49,840 bases of DNA. Source: Oscillospiraceae bacterium. GTDB lineage: Bacteria > Bacillota > Clostridia > Oscillospirales > Ruminococcaceae. The stretch covers positions 1 to 49,840 of the forward strand of contig JAZQMT010000083.1 of assembly GCA_045543635.1 (NCBI GenBank), given 5' to 3'. The notes below the pieces were generated by a model. That model was not told where the DNA came from. It saw only the letters and a list, made by a program, of their open reading frames with translations, and did not search any database. Made by a program: the position numbers and the translations under genes. Shown here piece by piece: positions 8,481 to 17,901 of the stretch. Every line of letters starts with the position of its first letter. The stretch's first letter is position 1.

Positions 8481-8511
8481 TATCGGGAGAGCTTTTTCAT
8501 GTTTTTGCAAG

Positions 8512-8540
8512 TTGCGTTTTTTTAGGGTGTGTAGTATAAT
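8512..8540 (+). promoter_or_regulatory. Candidate malQ promoter
   Basis: TTGCGT (8512-8517), 17 nt, TATAAT (8535-8540). Confidence 0.4.
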
Positions 8541-8600
8541 AAAGAGGTAAAATTTATTGAAAATGCTGCCGCGGCGGCAAAATATAAATGAGGGAAAAAA

Positions 8601-10091
8601 ATGGAACTTCTGAAAAAAAGAGCATGTGGTGTGCTTATGCACATTTCCTCTTTGCCGGGGAACTTCGGCATTGGAACGCTCGGGCGTGAGGCTTACAGCT
8701 TTGTTGATATGCTAAATGAAGCCGACCAGAGATATTGGCAGATACTGCCCATTTGTCCGACAGGGTTTGGCGATTCGCCTTATCAGAGCTTTTCCACCTT
8801 TGCAGGGAATCCCTATTTTATTGATCTTGACCTTTTGGCGCAGCAAGGTTACCTGAAAAAGAGTGATTATGAGGGTATCAATTGGGGCAATCAGCAGGAC
8901 CGTGTTGATTACGGTGTACTTTATGAGAAACGCCGAGAACTGTTTGTAACGCTGCAAGCTAATTTTAACCGAAATATTCCCGCGGATTTTGGCGATTTTT
9001 GCGAAAAAAACGCTTTCTGGCTTGAGGATTATGCACTTTTTATGGCGGTGAAGGATTCATACAACGGTGCTTCTTTTCGTACATGGGAGGAGGATATTCG
9101 CTGTCATAAAAAAAGTGCCTGTGAGCGATGGAGTAAAAAGTGCGAGCACCGTGTGCAGCACTATAAAATGCTGCAGTACTTCTTTTTTAAACAGTGGTCG
9201 GCACTAAAATGCTATGCCAATGAGCGGAATATTGCGATAATCGGTGATATTCCGATTTATGTTGCGTCGGATAGTGCCGATGTCTGGGCACATCCGCAGC
9301 AATTTATGCTGGATAAAGATTTTACTCCGATAGAGGTTGCGGGTTGCCCGCCAGATGCTTTTTCAGAGGAGGGACAGCTTTGGGGCAATCCTGTTTATGA
9401 TTGGGATTATATGAAAAGGGACGGCTACCGCTGGTGGATAGCACGCCTGAAAGCTGCTTTTACAATTTATGACATTGTGCGTATTGACCATTTTCGCGGT
9501 TTTGCGGGGTATTATTGTATTCCTTTCGGAGCCGAAAATGCAAAGCAAGGGGTTTGGCGCAAGGGACCGGGTATGTCCCTTTTTTCGGCAGTACGCCGTG
9601 CCCTCGGCGATGTTCCTATTATTGCAGAGGATTTAGGCTTTTTAACCGAGGATGTTTACGAGCTTCTTTCTGACAGTGGTTTTCCGGGAATGAAGGTGCT
9701 TCAGTTTGCTTTTGACGCGAGCGGTGAAAGCGATTACCTCCCCAAAAACCATGTTCCTAACAGCGTAGTATATACAGGAACCCATGATAATGATACGTTA
9801 ATTGGATTTTGCCAAAATACGGATGCACAACAGCTTGATTTTGCGTGTAAGGTTCTTGGCGTTGGGGATAAAGAAAAAATTCCTCGCGCAATGATGATAG
9901 AGGCTTTAAAAAGCACTTGCAATACATGTATTTTAACGGCGCAGGATTTGATTGGACTTGGCACAGATGCCAGAATGAACACCCCTGCAACCGATAGCGG
10001 AAACTGGCAATGGCGCGCGCTTGCACATGAACTATCTAAAGAAAAGTTTGATTTTTTAAAGAGCTTCACCCGCCTTTGCCACCGTGCATAA
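8601..10091 (+). CDS. malQ: 4-alpha-glucanotransferase (amylomaltase, GH77)
   Basis: N-terminus RACGVLMHISSLPG..GIG.LG, DSPYQS, RIDHFRGF, GTHDNDT: classic MalQ motifs. Confidence 0.95.
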   Translation: MELLKKRACGVLMHISSLPGNFGIGTLGREAYSFVDMLNEADQRYWQILPICPTGFGDSPYQSFSTFAGNPYFIDLDLLAQQGYLKKSDYEGINWGNQQDRVDYGVLYEKRRELFVTLQANFNRNIPADFGDFCEKNAFWLEDYALFMAVKDSYNGASFRTWEEDIRCHKKSACERWSKKCEHRVQHYKMLQYFFFKQWSALKCYANERNIAIIGDIPIYVASDSADVWAHPQQFMLDKDFTPIEVAGCPPDAFSEEGQLWGNPVYDWDYMKRDGYRWWIARLKAAFTIYDIVRIDHFRGFAGYYCIPFGAENAKQGVWRKGPGMSLFSAVRRALGDVPIIAEDLGFLTEDVYELLSDSGFPGMKVLQFAFDASGESDYLPKNHVPNSVVYTGTHDNDTLIGFCQNTDAQQLDFACKVLGVGDKEKIPRAMMIEALKSTCNTCILTAQDLIGLGTDARMNTPATDSGNWQWRALAHELSKEKFDFLKSFTRLCHRA

Positions 10092-10131
10092 AAATGCCCG
10101 ATAGCCTGTTTTTGGCTATCGGGCATTTTTT
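10090..10131. terminator. Bidirectional terminator shared by malQ and ppa
   Basis: AAAAATGCCCGATAGCC / GGCTATCGGGCATTTTT, a 17-bp stem flanked by A-run and T-run. Confidence 0.85.
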
Positions 10132-10660
10132 ATCTGCAGAAACATTCCACATAATGGTCAAGCGCTGCGCTTATAACCTCTATTGCAGCTTGTTTATGGT
10201 TTACTTCTTTTGCAACTGCCTCTTTATCCTCCAGCGCCTTGTAAACATTAAAAAAGTGCAACATTTCGTCGAAGATATGAGCAGGCAGCTCAGAAATATC
10301 CCTATATTTGTTATAGGTAGGATCAGCAAAGGGGATGGCAATAATTTTTTCATCGTTTCTACCGCCGTCCAGCATGGAAATATATCCTATGGGATAACAG
10401 CGCACAAGCGTGAGCGGTTCGAGCTCCTCCGAGCAGAGCACCAACACATCCAAAGGGTCCCCGTCATCTCCGTAAGAGCGGGGGATAAACCCGTAATTGG
10501 CGGGGTAGTGGGTGGAGGTGTACAAAACGCGGTCAAGCATAATAAGCCCGGTTTCCTTATCAAGCTCATATTTCTTTTTACTGCCTTTTGAAATTTCAAT
10601 AACAGCAACAAAATCCTCCGGAGTGATGCGTTTGGGATCTATATCATGCCAGATGTTCAT
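10130..10660 (-). CDS. ppa: Inorganic pyrophosphatase (family I)
   Basis: VIEISKGSKKKYELDKETG, YPANYGFIP, DGDPLDVLV motifs. Confidence 0.95.
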   Translation of the reverse strand: MNIWHDIDPKRITPEDFVAVIEISKGSKKKYELDKETGLIMLDRVLYTSTHYPANYGFIPRSYGDDGDPLDVLVLCSEELEPLTLVRCYPIGYISMLDGGRNDEKIIAIPFADPTYNKYRDISELPAHIFDEMLHFFNVYKALEDKEAVAKEVNHKQAAIEVISAALDHYVECFCR

Positions 10661-10776
10661 TGAATTCTCCGTTCTGCCGAAAAAGCGGCTTTGGTTATGT
10701 GAGTGTTATTATACCCTATTAATAAAGCTTTTTCAACACCTGTTTTTATTTTCTTGTAAAAAAGTGAGAAAAGCTA

Positions 10777-10805
10777 TTGACTTTACCACATTAAAGTGGT
10801 AAAAT
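10777..10805 (+). promoter_or_regulatory. his operon promoter with an embedded palindrome (candidate operator)
   Basis: TTGACT (10777-10782), 17 nt, TAAAAT (10800-10805). The spacer contains TTACCAC-ATTAAA-GTGGTAA (10783-10802). Confidence 0.5.
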
Positions 10806-10837
10806 ATGAAAACAATACATACGCGGAGGAAAGAAAG

Positions 10838-11146
10838 ATGGAACAATGGCATAGCGAGCTAACGGACAAGCTGGTCTGCGTAATCTCAGCGTTAAAAAAC
10901 GAGCAGGAGTGCTATGCTCTCCTAGAGGACCTTTGCACCATTAAAGAGATCATGGATATGGCACAGCGGCTTGAGGTTGCGCGGCTTTTAAGCGAGAATA
11001 AAAACTATCAGGAAATCACCAAGCAAACAGGAGTCAGCACTGCTACCATCAGTCGTGTCAGTAAGTGCCTAAGCTATGGAAGCGGCGGTTACCGTGCAGC
11101 TATTTTAAGCCTTAAGGAGTCGGAGGAACAAAATGAATCTAAATAA
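10838..11146 (+). CDS. YerC/YecD-family TrpR-like DNA-binding protein (candidate histidine repressor)
   Basis: LCT..E...M.QRL.VA.LL....Y.EI....G.STATISRV...L.YG..GY pattern of the YerC/TrpR-like family. First gene of the his transcription unit. ATG at 10838 after GGAGGAAAG. Confidence 0.8.
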   Translation: MEQWHSELTDKLVCVISALKNEQECYALLEDLCTIKEIMDMAQRLEVARLLSENKNYQEITKQTGVSTATISRVSKCLSYGSGGYRAAILSLKESEEQNESK

Positions 11147-12254
11147 TATAGAGTTTAAAAGGGAGGAGCAGGCGGCATTTGCACTGCGCTCGCTTTACCG
11201 TAAATTTGGCTATTCTCAATACAAAATGAGCAAGTTTGAAGAATATGACCTGTATGTTCGTAATAAAGATTTTCTCATTTCGGACAGCGTTATCACCTTT
11301 ACCGATACCAATGGCAGACTGATGGCGCTAAAGCCTGATGTAACTCTGTCTATTATCAAAAACAACAAGGACGATGGCGGCACAGAGAAGGTTTACTATA
11401 ACGAAAATGTTTACCGCGTGTCAAACGGAACGCATTCTTATAAAGAAATTATGCAGGTGGGGCTTGAGCGCATCGGTGATATTGACCTTTACGGTGTTTA
11501 TGAGGTTGTGATGCTTGCAGCGCAAAGCCTTTCTCTTATTTCGCCTGAATGTGTGCTGGATATTTCCCATATGGGGATCGTTACCGCGCTTCTCAAGAGC
11601 TTTGGTGTTTCTCCTGCCTGTGAAAAGGAGATTATGCGCTGTATCGGTGAAAAGAATGTACATGAGGCTTCGGCTGCCGCACAGGCAGAGGGCGTTTCAC
11701 AAGAAAAAATTACGGTTTTAAAAGAAATTATCTCATTGCATGGGTCACCTAAAGCAGTGCTTCCTCGCCTTGTGCGAATTTTGGGAGATGAATGTAAAGA
11801 GGCATTTGGCGAGCTTGAGCAGCTTGTTTGGCTTTTGGAAAAGTCAAGCTGCGCCGATGTGATCAATATAGATTTCTCTGTTATTAATGATATGAATTAT
11901 TATAACGGCATTGTTTTTAAAGGCTTTGTCAAATCGGTGCCCAGCGGAATTTTGTCGGGCGGTCAGTATGATAACCTCATGCACCGTATGAAGAAAAAAA
12001 GCGGGGCCATTGGTTTTGCGGTTTATTTAGACCTTTTGGAGGGAATTGCCTCATCTGCCGAGCAGTTTGATGTTGATGCTGTTATTTTATATGACGAGAG
12101 CACAGATTTAGAGCTGCTTTCTTCATTTGTCGGTCAAAAAACAGCGCAAGGCATGCGGGTTACAGCTGTAAAAAACATTCCCCAAAAGCTGCGCTACAAA
12201 CAGCTTTATAAAATTTGCAACAGGGAGGTTAAAACCCTTGAAAGCAATGCTTAA
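11133..12254 (+). CDS. hisZ: ATP phosphoribosyltransferase regulatory subunit
   Basis: HisRS-paralog catalytic-core pattern without an anticodon-binding domain, immediately upstream of a short-form hisG. Confidence 0.85.
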   Translation: MNLNNIEFKREEQAAFALRSLYRKFGYSQYKMSKFEEYDLYVRNKDFLISDSVITFTDTNGRLMALKPDVTLSIIKNNKDDGGTEKVYYNENVYRVSNGTHSYKEIMQVGLERIGDIDLYGVYEVVMLAAQSLSLISPECVLDISHMGIVTALLKSFGVSPACEKEIMRCIGEKNVHEASAAAQAEGVSQEKITVLKEIISLHGSPKAVLPRLVRILGDECKEAFGELEQLVWLLEKSSCADVINIDFSVINDMNYYNGIVFKGFVKSVPSGILSGGQYDNLMHRMKKKSGAIGFAVYLDLLEGIASSAEQFDVDAVILYDESTDLELLSSFVGQKTAQGMRVTAVKNIPQKLRYKQLYKICNREVKTLESNA

Positions 12255-12870
12255 TGTTGCCCTCCCGAAAGGGAGACTTGGTGAAAAGGTTTACGGAATG
12301 TTCGAAAAGGCAGGCTTTGAATGTCCCTCCATTCGTGAAAACAGCCGAAAACTCATTTTCGAAAATGAGGAGTGCGGAGTTCGCTATTTCTGGGTAAAGC
12401 CTTCTGACGTTGCTATCTATGTCGAACGCGGGGCCGCCGATATTGGGGTTGCCGGAAAGGATATTCTTTTGGAATATGAACCCGAAGTCTATGAGCTTTT
12501 TGATTTAAAAATAGGTGTTTGCAAAATGGCGGTTGCCGCACAAAAGGGCTTTCGTGACGATATGCAAAAAACTTTGCGTGTTGCAACCAAGTTTGCAAAT
12601 ATTGCTCGCGCACACTATGCACAAAAGGGGCGGGATATTGATATTATTCATCTAAACGGCTCTATTGAGATCGCGCCCATTTTGGGGCTTTCGGATGTAA
12701 TCGTCGATATTGTTGAAACAGGAAGCACCCTTCGCGAAAATAATCTTGAAGTCATTGAGGATGTTATTCCCATTAGCGCAAGGCTGATTGCCAATAAAGC
12801 AAACTTTAAGTTTAAGAGCGAGCCCATAGAGGCTATCGTGCGCGCGCTCACGCAGCAAACGGAGGCATAA
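12238..12870 (+). CDS. hisG: ATP phosphoribosyltransferase, short form
   Basis: LPKGRL, DVAIYVERGAADIGVAGKD, DIVETGSTLREN. The TTG at 12238 is 9 nt after GGAGG; alternative ATG at 12247. Confidence 0.9.
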   Translation: MKAMLNVALPKGRLGEKVYGMFEKAGFECPSIRENSRKLIFENEECGVRYFWVKPSDVAIYVERGAADIGVAGKDILLEYEPEVYELFDLKIGVCKMAVAAQKGFRDDMQKTLRVATKFANIARAHYAQKGRDIDIIHLNGSIEIAPILGLSDVIVDIVETGSTLRENNLEVIEDVIPISARLIANKANFKFKSEPIEAIVRALTQQTEA

Positions 12871-12872
12871 AA

Positions 12873-14153
12873 ATGATAAAGATAATGAAATACGGTGAGG
12901 TGGCAAACGAGGATATTTTTGCTCGTGTTGTTCCGAGTATGAATGTGTCGGACATCGTTGCCGATATTATAGAAAATGTAAAGCAAAACGGTGACAGCGC
13001 GGTTTTAGACTACTGTGAAAGGTTTGACGGCGCGCACCTTTCTTCCCTTGCAGTTTCGGAAAAGGAGATTGAACAGGCGTTGGAGGCTGTCGAGCCGCAG
13101 TTTATTCAGATACTTGAAAAAGCCGCCGCCAATATCCGTAATTTTCACGAAAAACAGGTTCGAAACAGCTTTATTATCAATAATCAAAACGGTGTTGTAA
13201 TGGGGCAAAAGGTTATCCCTGTAGACAGAGCGGGGCTTTATGTTCCCGGCGGCACCGCCGCTTATCCCTCTACCGTTCTTATGGATGCTATCCCTGCTTG
13301 TATTGCGGGCTGCAAAGAGGTTATTATGGTAACGCCGCCGAATAAAGAGGGGAAAATAAACCCCGTTATTTTGGCGGCAGCAAAAATTGCGGGAGTAAAC
13401 CGCATATTTAAAGTGGGCGGAGCACAAGCCATCGCTGCGCTCGCCTTCGGTACCGAGAGTATTCCTAAGGTCGATAAAATAGTCGGTCCCGGAAATGCCT
13501 TTGTTGCTGAGGCAAAAAAACAGGTTTTTGGTGCAGTTTCTATTGATATGATAGCAGGACCGAGCGAAATTTTAATCGTTGCCGATGGTAAAACAAGCGC
13601 TCGTGCGGCGGCTGCCGATCTTCTTTCACAGGCAGAGCATGATGTGCTTGCAAGTGCTGTTTTGGTAACCGATTCTATGGAGCTTGCAAAAGCGGTTCAA
13701 AAGGAGCTGGAAGAGCAAATTCCGCTTTTGGAGCGCAGTGAGATTGCAAGAAAATCCATTGATAATAATGGTAAAATTATCGTTGCAGAGAGCCTTTCTG
13801 TCGCTATTGAAATATCTAATGAGATAGCTCCCGAGCATTTGGAGCTGTGCGTTGATAATCCTTTTGATTATTTGGATAGTATTCGCCATGCAGGCTCTAT
13901 CTTTATGGGGAGAAACTGCCCCGAGGCGCTCGGAGATTATTTTGCGGGCCCCAATCACACCCTGCCCACAGGGGGAACAGCCCGATTTTCAAGTCCTCTG
14001 TCGGTAGATGACTTTGTAAAGAAAACACAGTACACCTATTTCACCCGACAGGCTTTAGAAAATGTTGCACAGGATGTTGCTTACTTTGCTCAAAAAGAGG
14101 GACTTACCGCGCACGCAAAAAGTGCAGTCATCCGTCTTGAGGAGGAAAAATGA
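12873..14153 (+). CDS. hisD: Histidinol dehydrogenase
   Basis: GGAQAIAALAFGTESIPKVDKIVGPGN, AGPSE, SQAEHD, HLEL motifs. Confidence 0.95.
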   Translation: MIKIMKYGEVANEDIFARVVPSMNVSDIVADIIENVKQNGDSAVLDYCERFDGAHLSSLAVSEKEIEQALEAVEPQFIQILEKAAANIRNFHEKQVRNSFIINNQNGVVMGQKVIPVDRAGLYVPGGTAAYPSTVLMDAIPACIAGCKEVIMVTPPNKEGKINPVILAAAKIAGVNRIFKVGGAQAIAALAFGTESIPKVDKIVGPGNAFVAEAKKQVFGAVSIDMIAGPSEILIVADGKTSARAAAADLLSQAEHDVLASAVLVTDSMELAKAVQKELEEQIPLLERSEIARKSIDNNGKIIVAESLSVAIEISNEIAPEHLELCVDNPFDYLDSIRHAGSIFMGRNCPEALGDYFAGPNHTLPTGGTARFSSPLSVDDFVKKTQYTYFTRQALENVAQDVAYFAQKEGLTAHAKSAVIRLEEEK

Positions 14154-15217
14154 GTAGATTTTTTAGTTCCAAATATCAAAAACTCATTCCTTACACACCC
14201 GGCGAACAGCCTAAGGAAATGAAGTATATAAAATTAAACACCAATGAGTCCCCCTTTCCGCCGTCACAAAAGGCACAGGCGGCTGCTGAGGAGACGCTTA
14301 AAAAGTTGCAACTGTATTCTGACCCCGAAGCAAAGCTTCTTAAAAAAAAGCTTGCTGAAATTTTTGGGGTTTCGGAGGATGAGGTTTTGCCCACAAACGG
14401 CTCGGACGAAATCTTAAATTTTGCTTTTATGGCATTCTGCGACCAAAATAAGGCTGCCGCTTTTCCCGATATTACCTATGGGTTTTATCCTGTTTTTGCC
14501 GATATTAACAATTTGCCCTATACAAAAATTGCGCTGCGTGAGGATTTTTCCATTGACATTACCGATTATTTTAATCTCGGTAAAACGATTTTTATTGCAA
14601 ATCCCAACGCGCCGACCGGTATTGCGCTCACCCGCGATGAAATTCGAGAGATTTTGGAGCATAACCGCGACAGTGTTGTTGTTATTGACGAGGCTTATGT
14701 CGATTTCGGTGCAGAGAGCTGTGTGCCGCTTATCCATAAGTATGATAATTTGCTGGTTACTCAAACCTTTTCCAAGTCGCGGTCAATGGCGGGCGCAAGG
14801 CTGGGCTTTGGTATCGGATGTAAGGAGCTTATTGCTGACTTAAATACCATTAAATATTCTACCAATCCCTATAATGTCAATTCCATGACTATGGCTGCGG
14901 GCGTGGGGGCTCTTTGTGATGAGCAGTATACCCGCGAAAACTGTAAAACGATAGCGCAAAACCGCGAAGGGCTGAAAAGAGAGCTGAAGAAAATCGGGTT
15001 TGAAATGACCAATTCAATCTCCAATTTCGTTTTTGCAAAGCATAAAACAGCGAATGGAGAAAAGCTATATCTTTCCCTTAAAGAAAAGGGGATTTTAGTG
15101 CGGCACTTTAAATCGCCGCGTATCTCGGAATATTTGCGTATTACCATAGGAACTATGGATGATATGAAAGCTTTGGTTACAACTCTTCAAGAGATTTTAC
15201 AGGAGGAAGCAAAATGA
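14150..15217 (+). CDS. hisC: Histidinol-phosphate aminotransferase
   Basis: Class II aminotransferase: NPNAPTG, IDEAYVDF, TFSKSRSMAGARLG (PLP lysine). Confidence 0.9.
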   Translation: MSRFFSSKYQKLIPYTPGEQPKEMKYIKLNTNESPFPPSQKAQAAAEETLKKLQLYSDPEAKLLKKKLAEIFGVSEDEVLPTNGSDEILNFAFMAFCDQNKAAAFPDITYGFYPVFADINNLPYTKIALREDFSIDITDYFNLGKTIFIANPNAPTGIALTRDEIREILEHNRDSVVVIDEAYVDFGAESCVPLIHKYDNLLVTQTFSKSRSMAGARLGFGIGCKELIADLNTIKYSTNPYNVNSMTMAAGVGALCDEQYTRENCKTIAQNREGLKRELKKIGFEMTNSISNFVFAKHKTANGEKLYLSLKEKGILVRHFKSPRISEYLRITIGTMDDMKALVTTLQEILQEEAK

Positions 15218-15801
15218 GAACATCTGTTATATCGCGCAAAACTGCCGAAACCGATATTTGCTTGAAACTCAATATTGATGGCAAGGGAAACGGTCTTATT
15301 GACAGCGGCTGCGGTTTTCTTGACCATATGCTCACTCTGTTTGCAAAACACGGTAAATTCGATTTAGAGGTAAGGTGCAAAGGCGACACGAATGTTGATG
15401 ACCACCATACCGTTGAGGACATCGGCATCTGTCTCGGTGAGGCGTTTAGAGAAGCACTCGGAGAAAAAAAGGGGATTTGCCGTTACGGTTCGCTTACATT
15501 ACCGATGGACGAGGCGCTGCTGCTTTCGGCGGTGGATCTTTCGGGCAGAAGCTATTTAGCATTTGATGTAAATATCCCTTCCCAAAAGGTCGGCAGTTTT
15601 GACACCGAGCTTGTCGAGGAGTTTTGGCTTTCATTTGTTCGCTCTGCTGCCTGTAATTTGCATTTAAAAAGCCTTTCGGGAAGCAATTCGCACCATATTA
15701 TTGAAGGAATGTTTAAAGCGGCTGCCCGTGCACTGCGCGCCGCTTGTAAAATAGACCCTGATTTTGCCGATGAAATTCCCTCAACGAAGGGAGTTCTCTG
15801 A
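15214..15801 (+). CDS. hisB: Imidazoleglycerol-phosphate dehydratase
   Basis: R.T.ETDI, GFLDHML, DDHHTVEDIGI, NSHHIIEGMFKA. Confidence 0.95.
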   Translation: MRTSVISRKTAETDICLKLNIDGKGNGLIDSGCGFLDHMLTLFAKHGKFDLEVRCKGDTNVDDHHTVEDIGICLGEAFREALGEKKGICRYGSLTLPMDEALLLSAVDLSGRSYLAFDVNIPSQKVGSFDTELVEEFWLSFVRSAACNLHLKSLSGSNSHHIIEGMFKAAARALRAACKIDPDFADEIPSTKGVL

Positions 15802-16427
15802 TGATAGCTATTGTAGATTATGGGGTAGGAAACCTCTTTTCATTAAAAAGTTCTCTCGCTTATATCGGGGCTGATACGGTTGTAACATCTGACCCGGGGG
15901 TTATTCAAACTGCCGACCGAATTATCCTTCCCGGCGTCGGTGCTTTTGGTGATGCAGTAAACAAGCTTTGCGAAAGCGGGCTTGACAGGGTTATTGTTGA
16001 ACAAGCAAAAAACGGAAAACCGCTTCTTGGAATTTGCCTTGGAATGCAGCTTCTTTTAGAAAAAAGCTTTGAGTATGGCGAACATAAAGGGTTGGGACTG
16101 ATAAAAGGCGAAATTCGCCCGATTTCAGATGTTGTCCCGAATGATTTTAAAATTCCTCACATGGGCTGGAATGCGCTTAAGCTTACAAGCCCGAAAAGTG
16201 CGCTCTTTCGATATATTCAAGATGGCGAGCAGGTTTATTTTGTTCATTCTTTCTATGGTACAAATTGTGATGACGCTGTGATAGCAACTGCTGAATACGG
16301 CGCATCTTTAACGGCAGCGCTGGCAAACAAAAATGTTTTCGGCTGCCAATTCCATCCTGAAAAAAGCGGCAGGGTGGGACTGAATATCCTGCGTGCATTC
16401 TGTGAAAAGGGGGCAGACTTATGTTAA
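15801..16427 (+). CDS. hisH: Imidazole glycerol phosphate synthase, glutaminase subunit
   Basis: IVDYGVGNL, PGVGAF, GICLGMQLL, FHPEKS. Confidence 0.95.
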   Translation: MIAIVDYGVGNLFSLKSSLAYIGADTVVTSDPGVIQTADRIILPGVGAFGDAVNKLCESGLDRVIVEQAKNGKPLLGICLGMQLLLEKSFEYGEHKGLGLIKGEIRPISDVVPNDFKIPHMGWNALKLTSPKSALFRYIQDGEQVYFVHSFYGTNCDDAVIATAEYGASLTAALANKNVFGCQFHPEKSGRVGLNILRAFCEKGADLC

Positions 16428-17134
16428 TTTTTCCTGCTATTGATTTGTATGAAGGCAAGGCTGTCCGCCTTTTTAAGGGCGATTATAATGAAATGACGGT
16501 TTACAGCCAAAATCCATTAGAGGTCGCAAAAAAATTCGAGGAGCTGGGAGCGGTCTGTCTGCATCTTGTCGATTTAGAGGGCGCCCGCGATGGCTCAACC
16601 CCTAACCTTTCGGTTATAAAAAATATAACTGCCCAGACGCGACTGTTTACAGAGGTCGGCGGCGGTATTCGCGATATGAAAACCGTCGAAACCTACCTTT
16701 TAGCAGGGGTAGACCGTGTGATACTCGGCACTGCCGCGGTAACGGATGAGGAGTTTCTCAAAACCGCCGTTGCGAAATATGGCGAGAGAATAGCAGTCGG
16801 CGTTGATATAAAGGATGGCAAGGTAGCTATTCGCGGCTGGCGTGAAAAGAGCGAGCTTGATGCTTTTGATTTTTGCGATAAACTTGAAAAATTAGGGGTT
16901 TCTACCGTTATTTGCACCGATATTTCGCGTGATGGAGCCATGCGCGGTGCAAACCATGCCCTTTATAAAGCGCTTTCCGAAAAATATCATATTCAGTTTG
17001 TTGCATCAGGCGGGGTTTCCTCTATTGATGATGTCAAAAAACTGCGGGCACAGGAAATGTACGGTGCTATTATCGGAAAGGCATATTATACAGGGGCAAT
17101 TTCACTTCCCGAGGCAATCGAGGTGGCCAGATGA
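16421..17134 (+). CDS. hisA: ProFAR isomerase
   Basis: IFPAIDL..GK.VRL..GDY, VGGGIR, SGGVSS. Confidence 0.95.
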   Translation: MLIFPAIDLYEGKAVRLFKGDYNEMTVYSQNPLEVAKKFEELGAVCLHLVDLEGARDGSTPNLSVIKNITAQTRLFTEVGGGIRDMKTVETYLLAGVDRVILGTAAVTDEEFLKTAVAKYGERIAVGVDIKDGKVAIRGWREKSELDAFDFCDKLEKLGVSTVICTDISRDGAMRGANHALYKALSEKYHIQFVASGGVSSIDDVKKLRAQEMYGAIIGKAYYTGAISLPEAIEVAR

Positions 17135-17889
17135 TTACAAAACGCATTATTCCATGTTTGGATGTAAAAAACGGCAGAGTTGTCAAAGGTATTAATTTTG
17201 CGGGGCTTCATGATGTTTCATCACCAATTGAGTTGGCAAGATTTTACAGCGATAACGGTGCTGATGAACTCGTTTTCTATGACATCACCGCTTCGGCAGA
17301 GGGCAGAGGGCTTTTCACCGATATTCTCACCGAGGTTGCAAAAACAATTTTTATTCCGCTGACTGTCGGAGGCGGTATAAATACGCTTGATGATTTTGAC
17401 AGGGTTTTAAAATGCGGTGCCGATAAGGTCAGTGTTAATTCGGGAGCTATTAAAAATCCGAGCCTTGTTGCACAAGCAGCTAAGAGATACGGTGACCAGT
17501 GTGTTGTTTTGTCTGCCGATGTAAAAAGGGTGGACGGAGTTTTCAAAGTTTTTGCAAAAGGCGGCAGAGAAAACACAGGTATGGAAGCAATCGAGTGGAT
17601 ACGCCGCTGTGTCGATATGGGAGCAGGCGAGGTGGTTGTCAATTCTATTGATACCGACGGTGTTAAAAACGGCTTTGATTTGGAAATGTTAGAGGCGGTT
17701 TGCAATGCGGTTTCCGTTCCCGTTATCGCATCGGGCGGTGCGGGCTGTATCGACCATTTTACAAAGCTTTTTAAGGCGCTTCCCAAGGTGGATGCAGGGC
17801 TCGCCGCATCTATATTCCATTTCGGCGAGGTTGCAATTCCCGATTTGAAAGCCACCCTCAAAGCAGAGGGTATTCCCATGAGGATATAA
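17131..17889 (+). CDS. hisF: Imidazole glycerol phosphate synthase, cyclase subunit
   Basis: KRIIPCLDVKNGRVVKG, GADELVFYDITAS, VGGGI, ASGGAG. Confidence 0.95.
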   Translation: MITKRIIPCLDVKNGRVVKGINFAGLHDVSSPIELARFYSDNGADELVFYDITASAEGRGLFTDILTEVAKTIFIPLTVGGGINTLDDFDRVLKCGADKVSVNSGAIKNPSLVAQAAKRYGDQCVVLSADVKRVDGVFKVFAKGGRENTGMEAIEWIRRCVDMGAGEVVVNSIDTDGVKNGFDLEMLEAVCNAVSVPVIASGGAGCIDHFTKLFKALPKVDAGLAASIFHFGEVAIPDLKATLKAEGIPMRI

Positions 17890-17901
17890 GGAGAGAGTAC
17901 A

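Larger units (their letters stand above)
7907..8497. mobile_element. Inverted-repeat-bounded insert (about 591 bp) carrying a four-helix-bundle gene and hairpin array C
   Basis: Bipartite IR. AAAAAGCTCTC (7907-7917) and ACTTCTCATAAGGA (7927-7940) match the reverse complements of GAGAGCTTTTT (8487-8497) and TCCTTATGAGAAGT (8462-8475). Confidence 0.4.

Noticed and set aside
10076-10591. 171-aa + strand ORF
   Set aside because: It is antisense to ppa and begins inside the malQ/ppa terminator hairpin.
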